Source of the DNA: an uncultured Acidobacteriota bacterium
GTDB lineage: Bacteria > Acidobacteriota > Thermoanaerobaculia > Multivoradales > UBA5704
Assembly (NCBI GenBank): GCA_963770895.1
Contig: CAVYRF010000002.1
Location: 2,176,001 to 2,240,000, forward strand
Direction: 5' to 3'
DNA: 64,000 bases
The notes beneath the pieces were generated by a model that was given only the letters and a program-made list of their open reading frames with translations, did no database searches and had not been told where the DNA came from. How positions within the stretch are numbered: the stretch's first letter is position 1; every line of letters begins with the position of its first letter. A program made the translations under genes and the position numbers. Positions 1 to 42,916 of this stretch are shown here, in pieces.

Positions 1-33474
<33,474 letters not shown>

Positions 33475-34115
33475 CTTGAGGCCATCGACGGTGAGCGCCG
33501 GCCGGGCGGCGTCGCGCAGATAGAAGCGTGCCTGGCTGCCGGCGACGACGATCCGCACGTGGGTCCAGACACCGGGCTCGACGTCGCCCGGCTTCTCATA
33601 GACGCCGGGGCTCTCCTTGCGCAGGCGATCGAAATAGAAAGCCGGATAGGAGATGTACTGCACCACGTGGCTGCGGCGCACCGGGTCGTCGGCGTGCCCG
33701 TTGGTCATGCGCAGATAGATGCATTCGAAGCGCAGAGGGTCCTGCTGCACGTGGAAGGCGAGGCCGATGAAGCCGCGCGCATCGTCGGGCGCGCCGGGGA
33801 CCGGCGCGGCGGCGACGTCGAGGGTGACGGTGCCGTTCGCGAAGTCGGTGCCCTTGAGGATGGCGAGGGTGCGGCCGCCGCTGCCGCCGTGCGGCTCGTC
33901 GACCAGATGGATGGCCCGCCGGCCGCGGTAGTCGACCACCTCGCCCTTGACGCGGACCAGATCGAGGGCGGCCAGGGAGTCGAGCGGGACCGCACCCGAA
34001 GAGACCGGATGCGGTCCGCTGACGGCCATGAAGGCCAGGGCCGCCGCCGCCAGCGCCGCGAGCAGCAGCGGCGCGGGCGACGGCGGCGAGGGGATGCTCT
34101 TGCGGCTCACGCGGG

Positions 34116-35744
34116 CTAGTTCGACTCCGACGCGGCAAAGAAGATGTCGGGATAGCCGGTGCGGCTGTCGGTCCAGGCGGAGAAGATGCTGGTGCCCAGC
34201 GTATTGAAGCCGATGTAGTCGCCGAAGTTGGAGAGCAGGCCGTTGCCGAACGTGTAGGTGGCCTTGCACCAGTTGCTGGTCGCCGACGAAATCTTGATCG
34301 GCTTGCCGAAGCTCTCGCCGCCGTTGGTCGACTGCACCATGTAGGTGTTGACCAGCGACACCGCCGGGCCGCTGCGGGTGGCCGCCGGACCGATGCCGAC
34401 GTTGCACTCGACCACCGTCGGATCGGGGTTCAGCTGGACCTCCTGGCTTTCGAGATATTCGACGTCGACCTCGTTGTTGTCGCCGATCGCGATCGTCGGC
34501 CAGAAGCGCTTGAGGCCGGTGGGCGGCACCGGCGGCCCGATCGGCACCGGCGCGCTCCAGGTCACGCCGCCGTTGTCCGAGAAGATGATGAAGCTTTCGA
34601 TCGAGACCAGCGACTGCTTCGTCACCGGGCTCATCACCGGCTGCACGGGCTGGTAGTAGGAGAGATAGACGCGGCCCCAGTGGCGGCCGGAGGTGAGGAC
34701 CGCGAGGCGCGGCTGGTCGTTCAACCGGTTCTTGCCGTAGCCCACCGGCGGATCCTGATAGTTGGAGTTGATCAGCGCCGCCGGCGCCGGCGAAGAGAAG
34801 GTCTCGCCGCCGTCGACGGAGCGCGAGAAGTAGATGGCCGCGTTGGTGTTGAACGTGCCGTCGAGATTGATGTGCGGGCCGTACTGCCAGGCGACGTAGA
34901 CCTCGCCGCGCGGGCCGACGGTGACCGTGGAGGCGACCTGGAGGTTGCCGGAGGCGCCGCAGTTGGGATTGTTCGGATTCTGGTTGTCGGCGCCCTCCGG
35001 GCTCACGATCGCCGGCCCGAGCCAGGTGTCGCCGCCGTCGTGGGTGCGCCAGACCTCGATCTGTCCGGCGCCGGCGTTCGGCACGTCGCAGATGCCGATG
35101 GCGTCGTCCTCGACGACGTAGGCGGTGCGGCTGCCGTCCTTGGCCGTGGCGATCGACATGCGGGTGAAGGAGGCGTTGACGCTCGGCGGGGCCAGGTTGG
35201 TCGCGTCGTCCCAGCTGAACGAGTGACCGCTGAAGTGGCCGCGGTAGACGGCGAGGCCGCGCGGCGTGCCCTTGGTCGAGTCCCACAGGCGGGAGACCTC
35301 GAAGTAGGTCTCGTCGCTGGGGTTGTGATCGGAGGACTTGGCGGGCGGCATCACGTCGACCCAGGAGTGGCCGGCGGTCGACTCGTTGCCGATCGGAGCG
35401 AGCGCGCCGCCGTCGGTCCAGCTGTGCCCGCCGTCGGTCGAGAAGGCGAAGCTGCCGACCCCCGAGGGATCGGTCGGCGTACATGCCTTGCCGGAGGGTG
35501 GGCCGCAGAGCCCCTGCAAGCTGTCGAAGCCGATGAGCAGATTGCGGCCAGAGGCGCTGGGCGCGATGGTGGGCGAGCTGCGGCCGGTGAAGTTATCGGG
35601 GAACGGCTGTTGTGGGGCGTCGACCTGGACGTTTCTCCCCACTTCAACCTCGTTGCCGGCGGCGTACGCCGGAGCGGTGAATCCCGTGGCCAGAGCCAGC
35701 GCGCACAACCCGGCTCCAACCGCAGCTCTCCTCAACTCGAACAT
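34116..35744 (-). CDS. Secreted BNR/Asp-box beta-propeller (sialidase-family-like) protein
   Basis: AAGGAGG RBS, ATG at 35744, signal peptide ending AYA. Five Asp boxes (STDGGHSW, THDGGDTW, SVDGGETF, SDNGGVTW, STNGGESF) and a C-terminal GDY motif. Confidence 0.85.
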   Translation of the reverse strand: MFELRRAAVGAGLCALALATGFTAPAYAAGNEVEVGRNVQVDAPQQPFPDNFTGRSSPTIAPSASGRNLLIGFDSLQGLCGPPSGKACTPTDPSGVGSFAFSTDGGHSWTDGGALAPIGNESTAGHSWVDVMPPAKSSDHNPSDETYFEVSRLWDSTKGTPRGLAVYRGHFSGHSFSWDDATNLAPPSVNASFTRMSIATAKDGSRTAYVVEDDAIGICDVPNAGAGQIEVWRTHDGGDTWLGPAIVSPEGADNQNPNNPNCGASGNLQVASTVTVGPRGEVYVAWQYGPHINLDGTFNTNAAIYFSRSVDGGETFSSPAPAALINSNYQDPPVGYGKNRLNDQPRLAVLTSGRHWGRVYLSYYQPVQPVMSPVTKQSLVSIESFIIFSDNGGVTWSAPVPIGPPVPPTGLKRFWPTIAIGDNNEVDVEYLESQEVQLNPDPTVVECNVGIGPAATRSGPAVSLVNTYMVQSTNGGESFGKPIKISSATSNWCKATYTFGNGLLSNFGDYIGFNTLGTSIFSAWTDSRTGYPDIFFAASESN

Positions 35745-36052
35745 GCCGACCTCCTTATGAGAAGGGGCGCAACAGTACGGCCCTTGGGTACCTTGATGCA
35801 TCGATTATACGCAATCGCATACCTCAAGACCACGACCTGTTATTTCTCCGGTAGAAGACGATGATGCGCATAGGTGGGGGGAGTTTGGCGGCGCGGTTGC
35901 TGCGCTGGACACTGTGCGAAGCTCGTGCTTTACTAGCTTTAAGTGAAAGTCAATAGTTCCCTCGCCGCGACCTTAACTTTAAAATACATTCATTGTTGAG
36001 CTGTCTCTGCAGAGCCGGGCGTCCCCCGGCGCGTAGAGGAAAGGTTTCCGCC

Positions 36053-37153
36053 ATGGATTTCGGCCTGATGTTTTTCGCCAGCGACAAGATCGGCCAGAGC
36101 GGCAAAGGCGCCGAGCGCTATGCGCTGCTGCTTGCGGCGTCGCGCTTTGCCGACCAGCACGGCTTCAGCGCCATCTGGACCCCCGAGCGTCACTTCCATT
36201 CCTTCGGCGGCATCTTCCCGAATCCGGCGGTCACCAGCGCCGCGCTCGCGGTGACGACCGAGCGGCTGGAGATCCGGGCGGGTAGCCTGATCTCGCCGCT
36301 GCACGATCCGATCCGCATCGCCGAGGAGTGGGCGGTGGTCGACAACCTGTCCAACGGCCGCGTCGCGATCTCCTTCGGCTCGGGATGGAACATTAACGAT
36401 TTCATTTTCTTTCCCGAGCGCTATAACACTCGCCAAGCGGTGATGCACGAGCAGATTCGCGAAGTCAAGGAAATCTGGAAAACGGGTGTGGCGAAGCGCA
36501 CCAACAGCCGCGGCGAGCCGGTCGAAATTGCGATCTATCCGCGGCCGATCCAGGCCGAGCTGCCGGTGTGGATCACCTCCTCCGGCAACGTCGACACCTT
36601 CGTCAGCGCCGGCCGCGCCGGCGCCAATCTGCTCACCCATCTGATCGGCCAGGACCTGCCGACCCTGGCGACCAAAATCGCCAGCTACCGCGCGGCGCGG
36701 CGCGAGGCGGGGCACGACCCGGCCGCCGGGCGCGTGGCCCTCATGCTCCACACCTTCCTCGGCAACGACATCGACGCCGTCAAGGAGACGGTGCGCAAGC
36801 CGTTCACCGCCTACATCGCCTCCGCCATCCGGCTGGAAGAAAAGGCCGCGAGCGCCGGCGGCGTGATGAGCGGCGGCCGCCTCATGGACCCCAGCGGCGT
36901 GCCGAGCGAAGTCTTCGACGAGCTGCTCGAGCTGACCTTCGAGCGCTACTTCCACACCGCGGCCCTCATGGGCACGCCGGCCTCCTGCCGCCAGTTCGTC
37001 GGCGAGGTGGCGCGGGCGGGCGTCGACGAAGCGGCCTGCCTCATCGACTTCCTCGGCGACGAAGACGCCATTCTCGGCGGCCTCGACCTGCTCGATCGTC
37101 TGCGCCAGGACTGCGCCGCCGACAAAACTCTTTCGCAAGGGGGAAAAACGTGA
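36053..37153 (+). CDS. LLM-class flavin-dependent monooxygenase (MupA/Atu3671-like, natural-product associated)
   Basis: MDFGLMFF, WTPERHFHSFGGIFPNP, HDPIRIAEEWAVVDNLSNGRV, GANLLTHL and ACLIDF motifs. Confidence 0.9.
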   Translation: MDFGLMFFASDKIGQSGKGAERYALLLAASRFADQHGFSAIWTPERHFHSFGGIFPNPAVTSAALAVTTERLEIRAGSLISPLHDPIRIAEEWAVVDNLSNGRVAISFGSGWNINDFIFFPERYNTRQAVMHEQIREVKEIWKTGVAKRTNSRGEPVEIAIYPRPIQAELPVWITSSGNVDTFVSAGRAGANLLTHLIGQDLPTLATKIASYRAARREAGHDPAAGRVALMLHTFLGNDIDAVKETVRKPFTAYIASAIRLEEKAASAGGVMSGGRLMDPSGVPSEVFDELLELTFERYFHTAALMGTPASCRQFVGEVARAGVDEAACLIDFLGDEDAILGGLDLLDRLRQDCAADKTLSQGGKT

Positions 37154-37155
37154 CC

Positions 37156-38445
37156 ATGACTGCCGATTACAGCTCCGCCGTCCCGGCGTTTCCGGGCAGC
37201 TTCGTCTTCTCGCTGCCCTGCACCGGCTCCACCCTCCTGCGCCTGATCCTCGATACCCACCCCGAGATCTACTGCCCGGACGAGGTGCGGCTGGGCAACG
37301 TCGTGCGCGCGCTCCACCACACGACCGAAGGTCTTTACGAGGTCGTCGCCGCGCCGGCGGGCGGCCCCGCTGCCGCCGGCGGCGCCCCCGAAAGCGCCGC
37401 CGTCGTCGAGACCCGGCGCATCGTCTGCGACCTCATGGGCCAGGCCGCGGCGCGCAAGGGCAAGAGCCGCTGGTGCGACAAGTCGCCCAGCAATCTCGGC
37501 AGCATGAGATTGATCGCAAGGGTTTTGCCCGCGGCCCGCAACATCCTCCTGCACCGCCACTGCCTCGACATGACCCAGTCGTGCCTCAAGCGCTCGACCT
37601 TCGGCTTCTACCTCGCCATCGTCGAGGACTACGTGCGCAAGAATCACCGCGATTTCCTCACCGCCACCATCCTTGCCTGGGTCGAGCAGACCGAGGAGCT
37701 CCTGCGCTTCGAAGCCGATCACGCGGGCCTCTGCCACCGCCTGCGCTACGAAGACCTGGTCGGCTCCCCCGACGCCGCCGTGGAGAGCCTCTTTGGCTTT
37801 CTGCAGGTGCCCTTCACGCCTGCCATCCTCGCCGGCGTCTTCGCCTCCCCGCGCTTCCAGCGCCAGGGCTGCGGCGACGCCGCCGTGCGCTACTCGCAAG
37901 CCATCGTCGACACGAGCGTCGGCAGCGGCGCCGATCTCGCCCCGGCCCTCGGCCGCGTCCCGCGCGATCTCTTCCAGCGCATGAACGACCTCCTCGTCCG
38001 CCTCGGCTACCTCGCGGTCGACCGCACCGCCGAAGGCTTCGACACCCATCTCGCCCGCCGCCAGCCTCCGGCCCAGGCCGGTGACACCGCGCCCGCCGCC
38101 GCCGCCGCTCCCTCCCTCTCCCTCGCCGACGTCTTCACCGGCCTCACCGAGCGCCTCCGTCTCGACCCCACCTTCGCCCCCAAGGTCGGCCAATCCTTTC
38201 AATTCGACCTCACCGGCCCCGGCGGCGGCGTCTGGGTCCTCGACCTCACCGCCGCGCCCGGCGCCGTCCACACCGGCCCCGCCCCCTCCGACGTCCAGCT
38301 GACCCTCCCGGCCGCCGACTTCGCCGCCGTCCTGACCGGCGCCCTCAACCCCATCACCGCCATCAAGCAAGGCCGCCTCCAACTCGCAGGCAACGTCGAC
38401 GAGCGCGCCCTGCAACAGCTCTTCGCCGGCCTCTTCAGCGGCTGA
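37156..38445 (+). CDS. Sulfotransferase-family protein with a C-terminal SCP2 lipid-binding domain
   Basis: PCTGSTLLRLILDTHP, WCDKSP and LRYEDLV...FL motifs. The C-terminus FQFDLTGPGGGVWVLD...GALNPITAIKQGRLQLAG is SCP2-like. An alternative GTG at 37150 overlaps the LLM stop. Confidence 0.85.
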   Translation: MTADYSSAVPAFPGSFVFSLPCTGSTLLRLILDTHPEIYCPDEVRLGNVVRALHHTTEGLYEVVAAPAGGPAAAGGAPESAAVVETRRIVCDLMGQAAARKGKSRWCDKSPSNLGSMRLIARVLPAARNILLHRHCLDMTQSCLKRSTFGFYLAIVEDYVRKNHRDFLTATILAWVEQTEELLRFEADHAGLCHRLRYEDLVGSPDAAVESLFGFLQVPFTPAILAGVFASPRFQRQGCGDAAVRYSQAIVDTSVGSGADLAPALGRVPRDLFQRMNDLLVRLGYLAVDRTAEGFDTHLARRQPPAQAGDTAPAAAAAPSLSLADVFTGLTERLRLDPTFAPKVGQSFQFDLTGPGGGVWVLDLTAAPGAVHTGPAPSDVQLTLPAADFAAVLTGALNPITAIKQGRLQLAGNVDERALQQLFAGLFSG

Positions 38446-38520
38446 CCTCGGGCCGGAGGCGGACGGCCGCTTCCCTGTGCGCGGCGGCTCGGCGCCCCAT
38501 CGCGTGATACGGTCGAGGGC

Positions 38521-40887
38521 ATGAGCGCTACGCCGGCGCCGCGCTCTGTGCGCCCTCGTTCTTCGCGGACAGCGCGCGGCAGGCCGCTCGCCGAGCTGCT
38601 GGCGACCTGCCTGGAAGCGCCGCGCCGGATCGACCGGCGGGTGGTGGCGCGGCTGGTGCGCGAGCTGGCGCCGGGCGGCGCCGATCCGCGGCTCGCCCTG
38701 GTGCTGCTGGCTGCATTGGTCTATGCCCGGCCCGGTCTGCTGCGCGCCGGCGACACCGCGCTGCTCGACCGCCTGCAGGCGCTGTGGCACGAAGCCCTGA
38801 CAACCGACCTCGCGGCACCGCTGGGCGCCGCCGTGCGGGCGGTGGCACAGACCGCCCTCGGCCCGGCGCTGGCCGCCCGCCTGCTGTTGCCCGCGCCTGG
38901 CCCGGGTGCCTCCGGCGCCCCTGGTGGCGCGGCGGCGCCGCTCGCCGGCGAGCGGCTGGACTGGCTGCGCTTCTTGGTGACGCGGTATCCCGACTGGATC
39001 GACCTCGATGCGCTCATCCGCTGCTGCGGCGTCGCCGCCGGCATGGTCGACAGCGAACGGGTGCTGGGAGAGCTGGTCGAACCGCTTCTCCACCATGCGC
39101 CCGAATCCTTCACGCCGGCGCGCCTGGACGCGCTGCGCGCGGCGTTCGGTGCGACCGAGCGCTGGCGCTACTTCGCGGCCTTTCTTGCCACGGAGCCGGC
39201 GGCGCCGTCCGCCACCCGGCACCGCGCCGCGGCGGCGCTTGCCGGGCAGCTGCCACGGTGCGGCGAGGCGAGGCGGCTGCGCGGCGGGCCGATGCGCTTG
39301 GCGGTGGTGCAGAACGTCGTCTTCGGCCAGGGCGACGAGCTGATCCGCCTGGCGCCGCTGCTGCAGGCGTTGCTCGACGGCCTGCCGCGGCTCGCCATCA
39401 CCCTGCTGACGCCGCGCCCCTACCTGTACGACCACCCGCGCGTGCGGGTGCTGCCGATCGGCGACTCGGCCGGCGCCGCGGCGCTGGACGGCGACTTCGA
39501 CGGGCTGATCGAGCTCTGGGAGCCCGAGGTCGCCGAGCTGAACGTCGTACCGGCGCTGCACGAGCGGGCCCGGCTGCTGGCGGCGCGACGGCCGCTCCGC
39601 CTGGAGATCGCCTGCAACCTCGGCGTCAATCACTTCGCCTTCCAGAAGGTCGCCCTCGACGGCGTCGACATCGCCGCCCGCCTGGGGCTGGACCGCCGGA
39701 CGGCACGGCAGGTCTACGATCCGGTCCGCCGCTTGCTCGTCGAGCTGGGCCTGCCTTTGCGCCGCGAACACGCGCCGCCGGCGCGCTCGCTGCTGGTCGG
39801 CATTCCGTCGCCCGAGGCGGAGGCGGCCTGGCGCGCCTTGGCTCCGGCGGGCCGTCCGGTGGCGCTCGTCAGCCCATTCGGCGGCACCCGAGAGATCAAG
39901 GGATACGCCACCGACAGACTGGACATCCTGGCGGGTGAGCTGCGCCAGCTGGTGCGTCAGGGCTATCGCGTGGTGGTGCTGCCCAACGGCCAGCCCTGGG
40001 TGACGCCCGACGTCATGGCCGCCCTGGTGACGCGGCTGCCGGTCGCCGAGCGCCGCCACCTGGCGGTGGCTCCCGATCCGGCAGGCCCGCTTCGGGCACC
40101 GTTACCCGGCGTGGACGGCGAGCGGCCCGACCTGCGGCGGCCGGCCGACCGCGTCATGCGTTGGTTCAAGTACTTCGCCGCGCGTGCCGACCTGGTGGTG
40201 AGCGTCGAGGGCTGGCTGTCCCACCTCGGCTGGCAGCTCGGTCGGCCGCTGCGAGTGGTGCTGGCGGCGCAGTCGTACGACGAGGCGTGGTACCCGCCGG
40301 CGCGCGACCGCGCGCAGCGGATCGTGGACCGGATTGCAAGCTGCCCGCCGCAGCGCGGCCGAGGGCGGGCGCCCGATTTGCTTGGCGACGGCGACCGGCC
40401 GCCGCTTCCCGGCCGCGACCGCAAGCAGCTGCTGGTCGCCGCCCTCGCCGGGCTGGGCGCCGCGGGGGGAGCCGCGGTGGAGCCGCTGCTGCTGCGGGCC
40501 GCCGGCAGCGCCGACGAGGATGTGCGAGCCGCGGCGCTCGCCGCCCTGGGCAGGCTGCCGCAGCACGAGGGCATCCGCCGGACGCTGCTGGCGGCGCTGG
40601 GCGCAGCGGACCCCGAGGTGCGGGGAGCGGCGGCGGAAGGGCTCCTGGCAAGCGGGTTCGACTGCGCGCCGGAGCTTGGCGAACGCTATCGTGACGTGCT
40701 CACCGCGCACGTGGCGATCGCCGCGCGTGCCTGGGTGAGCGTCGACGATCTCGGCGCCCCGGCCATCCCGGCGCTGGCGGTCGCCGCCGCCGGGCGGGAC
40801 GACTTCATGCGCCGTGAGGCGCGCTGGCTCCTGGGCAGGCTGCTGCGGCGGCAGGTCAGGCCGTCGCGGCAGGCGGGCGGCCGGTGA
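38521..40887 (+). CDS. GT9 (heptosyltransferase-like) glycosyltransferase with helical N-terminus and C-terminal HEAT repeats
   Basis: GQGDELIRLAPLLQAL, LVSPFGG and ADLVVSVEGWLSHLGWQLGRP resemble GT9 motifs. DEDVRAAALAALG / DPEVRGAAAEGL / DDFMRREARWLLG are HEAT-like. Confidence 0.6.
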   Translation: MSATPAPRSVRPRSSRTARGRPLAELLATCLEAPRRIDRRVVARLVRELAPGGADPRLALVLLAALVYARPGLLRAGDTALLDRLQALWHEALTTDLAAPLGAAVRAVAQTALGPALAARLLLPAPGPGASGAPGGAAAPLAGERLDWLRFLVTRYPDWIDLDALIRCCGVAAGMVDSERVLGELVEPLLHHAPESFTPARLDALRAAFGATERWRYFAAFLATEPAAPSATRHRAAAALAGQLPRCGEARRLRGGPMRLAVVQNVVFGQGDELIRLAPLLQALLDGLPRLAITLLTPRPYLYDHPRVRVLPIGDSAGAAALDGDFDGLIELWEPEVAELNVVPALHERARLLAARRPLRLEIACNLGVNHFAFQKVALDGVDIAARLGLDRRTARQVYDPVRRLLVELGLPLRREHAPPARSLLVGIPSPEAEAAWRALAPAGRPVALVSPFGGTREIKGYATDRLDILAGELRQLVRQGYRVVVLPNGQPWVTPDVMAALVTRLPVAERRHLAVAPDPAGPLRAPLPGVDGERPDLRRPADRVMRWFKYFAARADLVVSVEGWLSHLGWQLGRPLRVVLAAQSYDEAWYPPARDRAQRIVDRIASCPPQRGRGRAPDLLGDGDRPPLPGRDRKQLLVAALAGLGAAGGAAVEPLLLRAAGSADEDVRAAALAALGRLPQHEGIRRTLLAALGAADPEVRGAAAEGLLASGFDCAPELGERYRDVLTAHVAIAARAWVSVDDLGAPAIPALAVAAAGRDDFMRREARWLLGRLLRRQVRPSRQAGGR

Positions 40888-42013
40888 GAAAGCGGCTGGC
40901 GGCCGGCGCACCCCCGGCCTGCGCCTCGGCCAGCTGGCGCTTGGTGCGGAACTCCAGCTCGCGGCCGCCGCCGCACGCCTCGGCGCGCCCGTAGCATGCG
41001 GCGCTCTCGGCGAAGCGCCCCAGGCGGAAGTTGCACAGCCCGGCGGCGTCCCAGGCGAGCACGCCGAAGATCCGCTCGTCGTGCGCCAGCTGCCCGGCGC
41101 AGAGCGCCGCCGGATCGACGGCGGTGAGGCGGGACAGCAGCGGCAGCGCCGCCTCCGGGCAGCCGCCGGCGAGCAGGTGGCGCGCCCGCAACCAGACCAG
41201 CGTCCACTGGTCGGGAAACGCCGCCGCGGCTTCGGCCAGCAGGCCGTCCACCGGCTCGCCCAGCTCCATCAGCACCTGCAGCATGCCGACGTAGACCAGA
41301 CTGTCGGTCGCCGCCGGCGCCCGGGCGGCGCGCACCACGGCGAGGCCGCTCTGGTAGGCGGTACGCGCCGCCTCCAGATCGCCGATGCCATGCAGCGTGC
41401 TGCCGAGGTGCCACCAGGCATAGACGTGCTCGGGCTCGGCGCGCAGCCGCGCCTCGAGCAGCGGCCGGTTGCGCCGGTGCTTGGCCGCCATGTCGCCGTC
41501 GTAGCCCAGGTGGTCGATCGCCAGGTCGCTCTCGCCGATGGTGCCGCCGCCCTGGCGCAGCAGCTCGCCGAGCGCCGGCAGGTGGCTCTCGTGGATGACG
41601 CCGCGGAAGCGCAGGCGCGGGTCGTTGCGGAACAGACGGTGCTCGCGGTAGCGGGTGAAGCCGCGCGCCGGCCGGAAGCGCACCGTGCAGGCCAGCAGGC
41701 GAGGATCGGCGAGCTGCTCGGCGAGGCGGGAGCGGCCGGCCTCGCACACCCGCTCGTCGGCATCGATGTAGAGGACCCACCTGCCGCGCACCGCGTCCAG
41801 CGCTGCGTTGCGTGCCGCGGCAAAATCCTGCCGCCACGGGAAGTCGACGACGCGGGCGCCATGGCGATGGGCGATCTCGCGGCTGCGGTCGACGGAGCCG
41901 GTGTCGGCGATCACCACCTCATCGGCGACGCCATGGAGCGACTCCAGGCAGCCGTCCAGGAAGCGCTCCTCGTCGCGCACGATCATCGCGGCGCTGAGCA
42001 GCAGCGAGCTCAC
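40856..42013 (-). CDS. GT2 glycosyltransferase with TPR region (SunS/ThuS-like architecture)
   Basis: AMIVRDEE, DTGSVD, DFAAARNAAL, IDADE, IHE, HLGY and KHRRN motifs, then TPR-like helices. GTG start at 42013 inferred. Confidence 0.88.
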   Translation of the reverse strand: MSSLLLSAAMIVRDEERFLDGCLESLHGVADEVVIADTGSVDRSREIAHRHGARVVDFPWRQDFAAARNAALDAVRGRWVLYIDADERVCEAGRSRLAEQLADPRLLACTVRFRPARGFTRYREHRLFRNDPRLRFRGVIHESHLPALGELLRQGGGTIGESDLAIDHLGYDGDMAAKHRRNRPLLEARLRAEPEHVYAWWHLGSTLHGIGDLEAARTAYQSGLAVVRAARAPAATDSLVYVGMLQVLMELGEPVDGLLAEAAAAFPDQWTLVWLRARHLLAGGCPEAALPLLSRLTAVDPAALCAGQLAHDERIFGVLAWDAAGLCNFRLGRFAESAACYGRAEACGGGRELEFRTKRQLAEAQAGGAPAASRFLTGRPPAATA

Positions 42014-42041
42014 CGGCGTTTCGGGGGCAGCGTGCCTGCCA

Positions 42042-42518
42042 CTAGTACGGCACGACGTAGACGACGATCTGGAAGACCGCGCTGTCACCGCCCAGCAGGT
42101 TGGCGATGCTGGCCTGCACCGTGCCGCCGCTGCCCACCGGCGGCGTCACCAGCGACCATGCCGGATCGCCGCTCAGCTTGGACGCCGAGACAAAGGTGGT
42201 CCCGGCCGGCAGGGGATCGACGAGCGAGACCGCCGGCGCCAAGCTGCCGGTGCAGTTCTGCACCGTGATGGTGTAGGTGAGGTTGTTGCCGGCGGTCACC
42301 TCGGCGGCGGAGACGGTCTTCTGGACGTCCACCAGCGGGCCGATGTTGGCGGCGCAGAGGTTCGATCCCTGGCCGAGGGCCTGCTCGGCGAGCAGGCCGC
42401 CGAGCGTGAAGGAGGCGACGAGCGGCGTCGCCCAGGCCCCTGCCAGCATGCGCAGGATGAACTGCCGCCGATCGGGGTCGACGTGCGGGAGGATCTGGGT
42501 CAGCTCTTCGGGCGCCAT
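42042..42518 (-). CDS. Twin-arginine-leader protein B with SNLC motif and C-terminally incomplete DUF11 domain
   Basis: MAP...PDRRQF leader; DVQKTVS..VTAGNNLTYTITVQN..VDPLPAGTTFVSAS..IANL..GDSAVFQIVV then stop. Confidence 0.8.
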   Translation of the reverse strand: MAPEELTQILPHVDPDRRQFILRMLAGAWATPLVASFTLGGLLAEQALGQGSNLCAANIGPLVDVQKTVSAAEVTAGNNLTYTITVQNCTGSLAPAVSLVDPLPAGTTFVSASKLSGDPAWSLVTPPVGSGGTVQASIANLLGGDSAVFQIVVYVVPY

Positions 42519-42916
42519 GGGCGTCTGCCTCCAGAGAGTCGAGTGGCGTGCGGCGGGCGGCGCAGGTACGCCAGCGCCGTCGCGGCCAGCAGCAGGCAGG
42601 AGATGACGAGCCCCGCCGGCGACAGCGCCGGCACCTGGGCGATCGGACCGCGATCGACCTGGGTGGTCGCGGTCGCCGTGCGGTGCACGGTGACGGTCGC
42701 CTGCGCCTGGTTGTTGCCGGTCTGCGGGTCGCTCTCCGAGGCGGTGACGCCCGCCGCGGCATCGATCAGGTAGTCGAGCGTCACCGTGTTGGTGATCTCG
42801 ACCGCGGCCCTGGCGCTGGGTGCGCCCAGGGTCCACAGCACCGCCAGGCAGAGCGCTGCCGCCGAGCGCGGCAGCAGGCGGCGAAGCGGCAAACCGGCGC
42901 CTTGCGGGTCCGCCAT
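42500..42916 (-). CDS. Small secreted IPTL-CTERM protein carrying the terminal DUF11 strands
   Basis: Signal peptide ending ARA; ITNTVT...SESDPQTGNNQAQATVTV; VPALSPAGLVISCLLLAATALAYLRR sorting signal. The ATG overlaps the upstream stop (TGATG). Confidence 0.78.
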   Translation of the reverse strand: MADPQGAGLPLRRLLPRSAAALCLAVLWTLGAPSARAAVEITNTVTLDYLIDAAAGVTASESDPQTGNNQAQATVTVHRTATATTQVDRGPIAQVPALSPAGLVISCLLLAATALAYLRRPPHATRLSGGRRPWRPKS

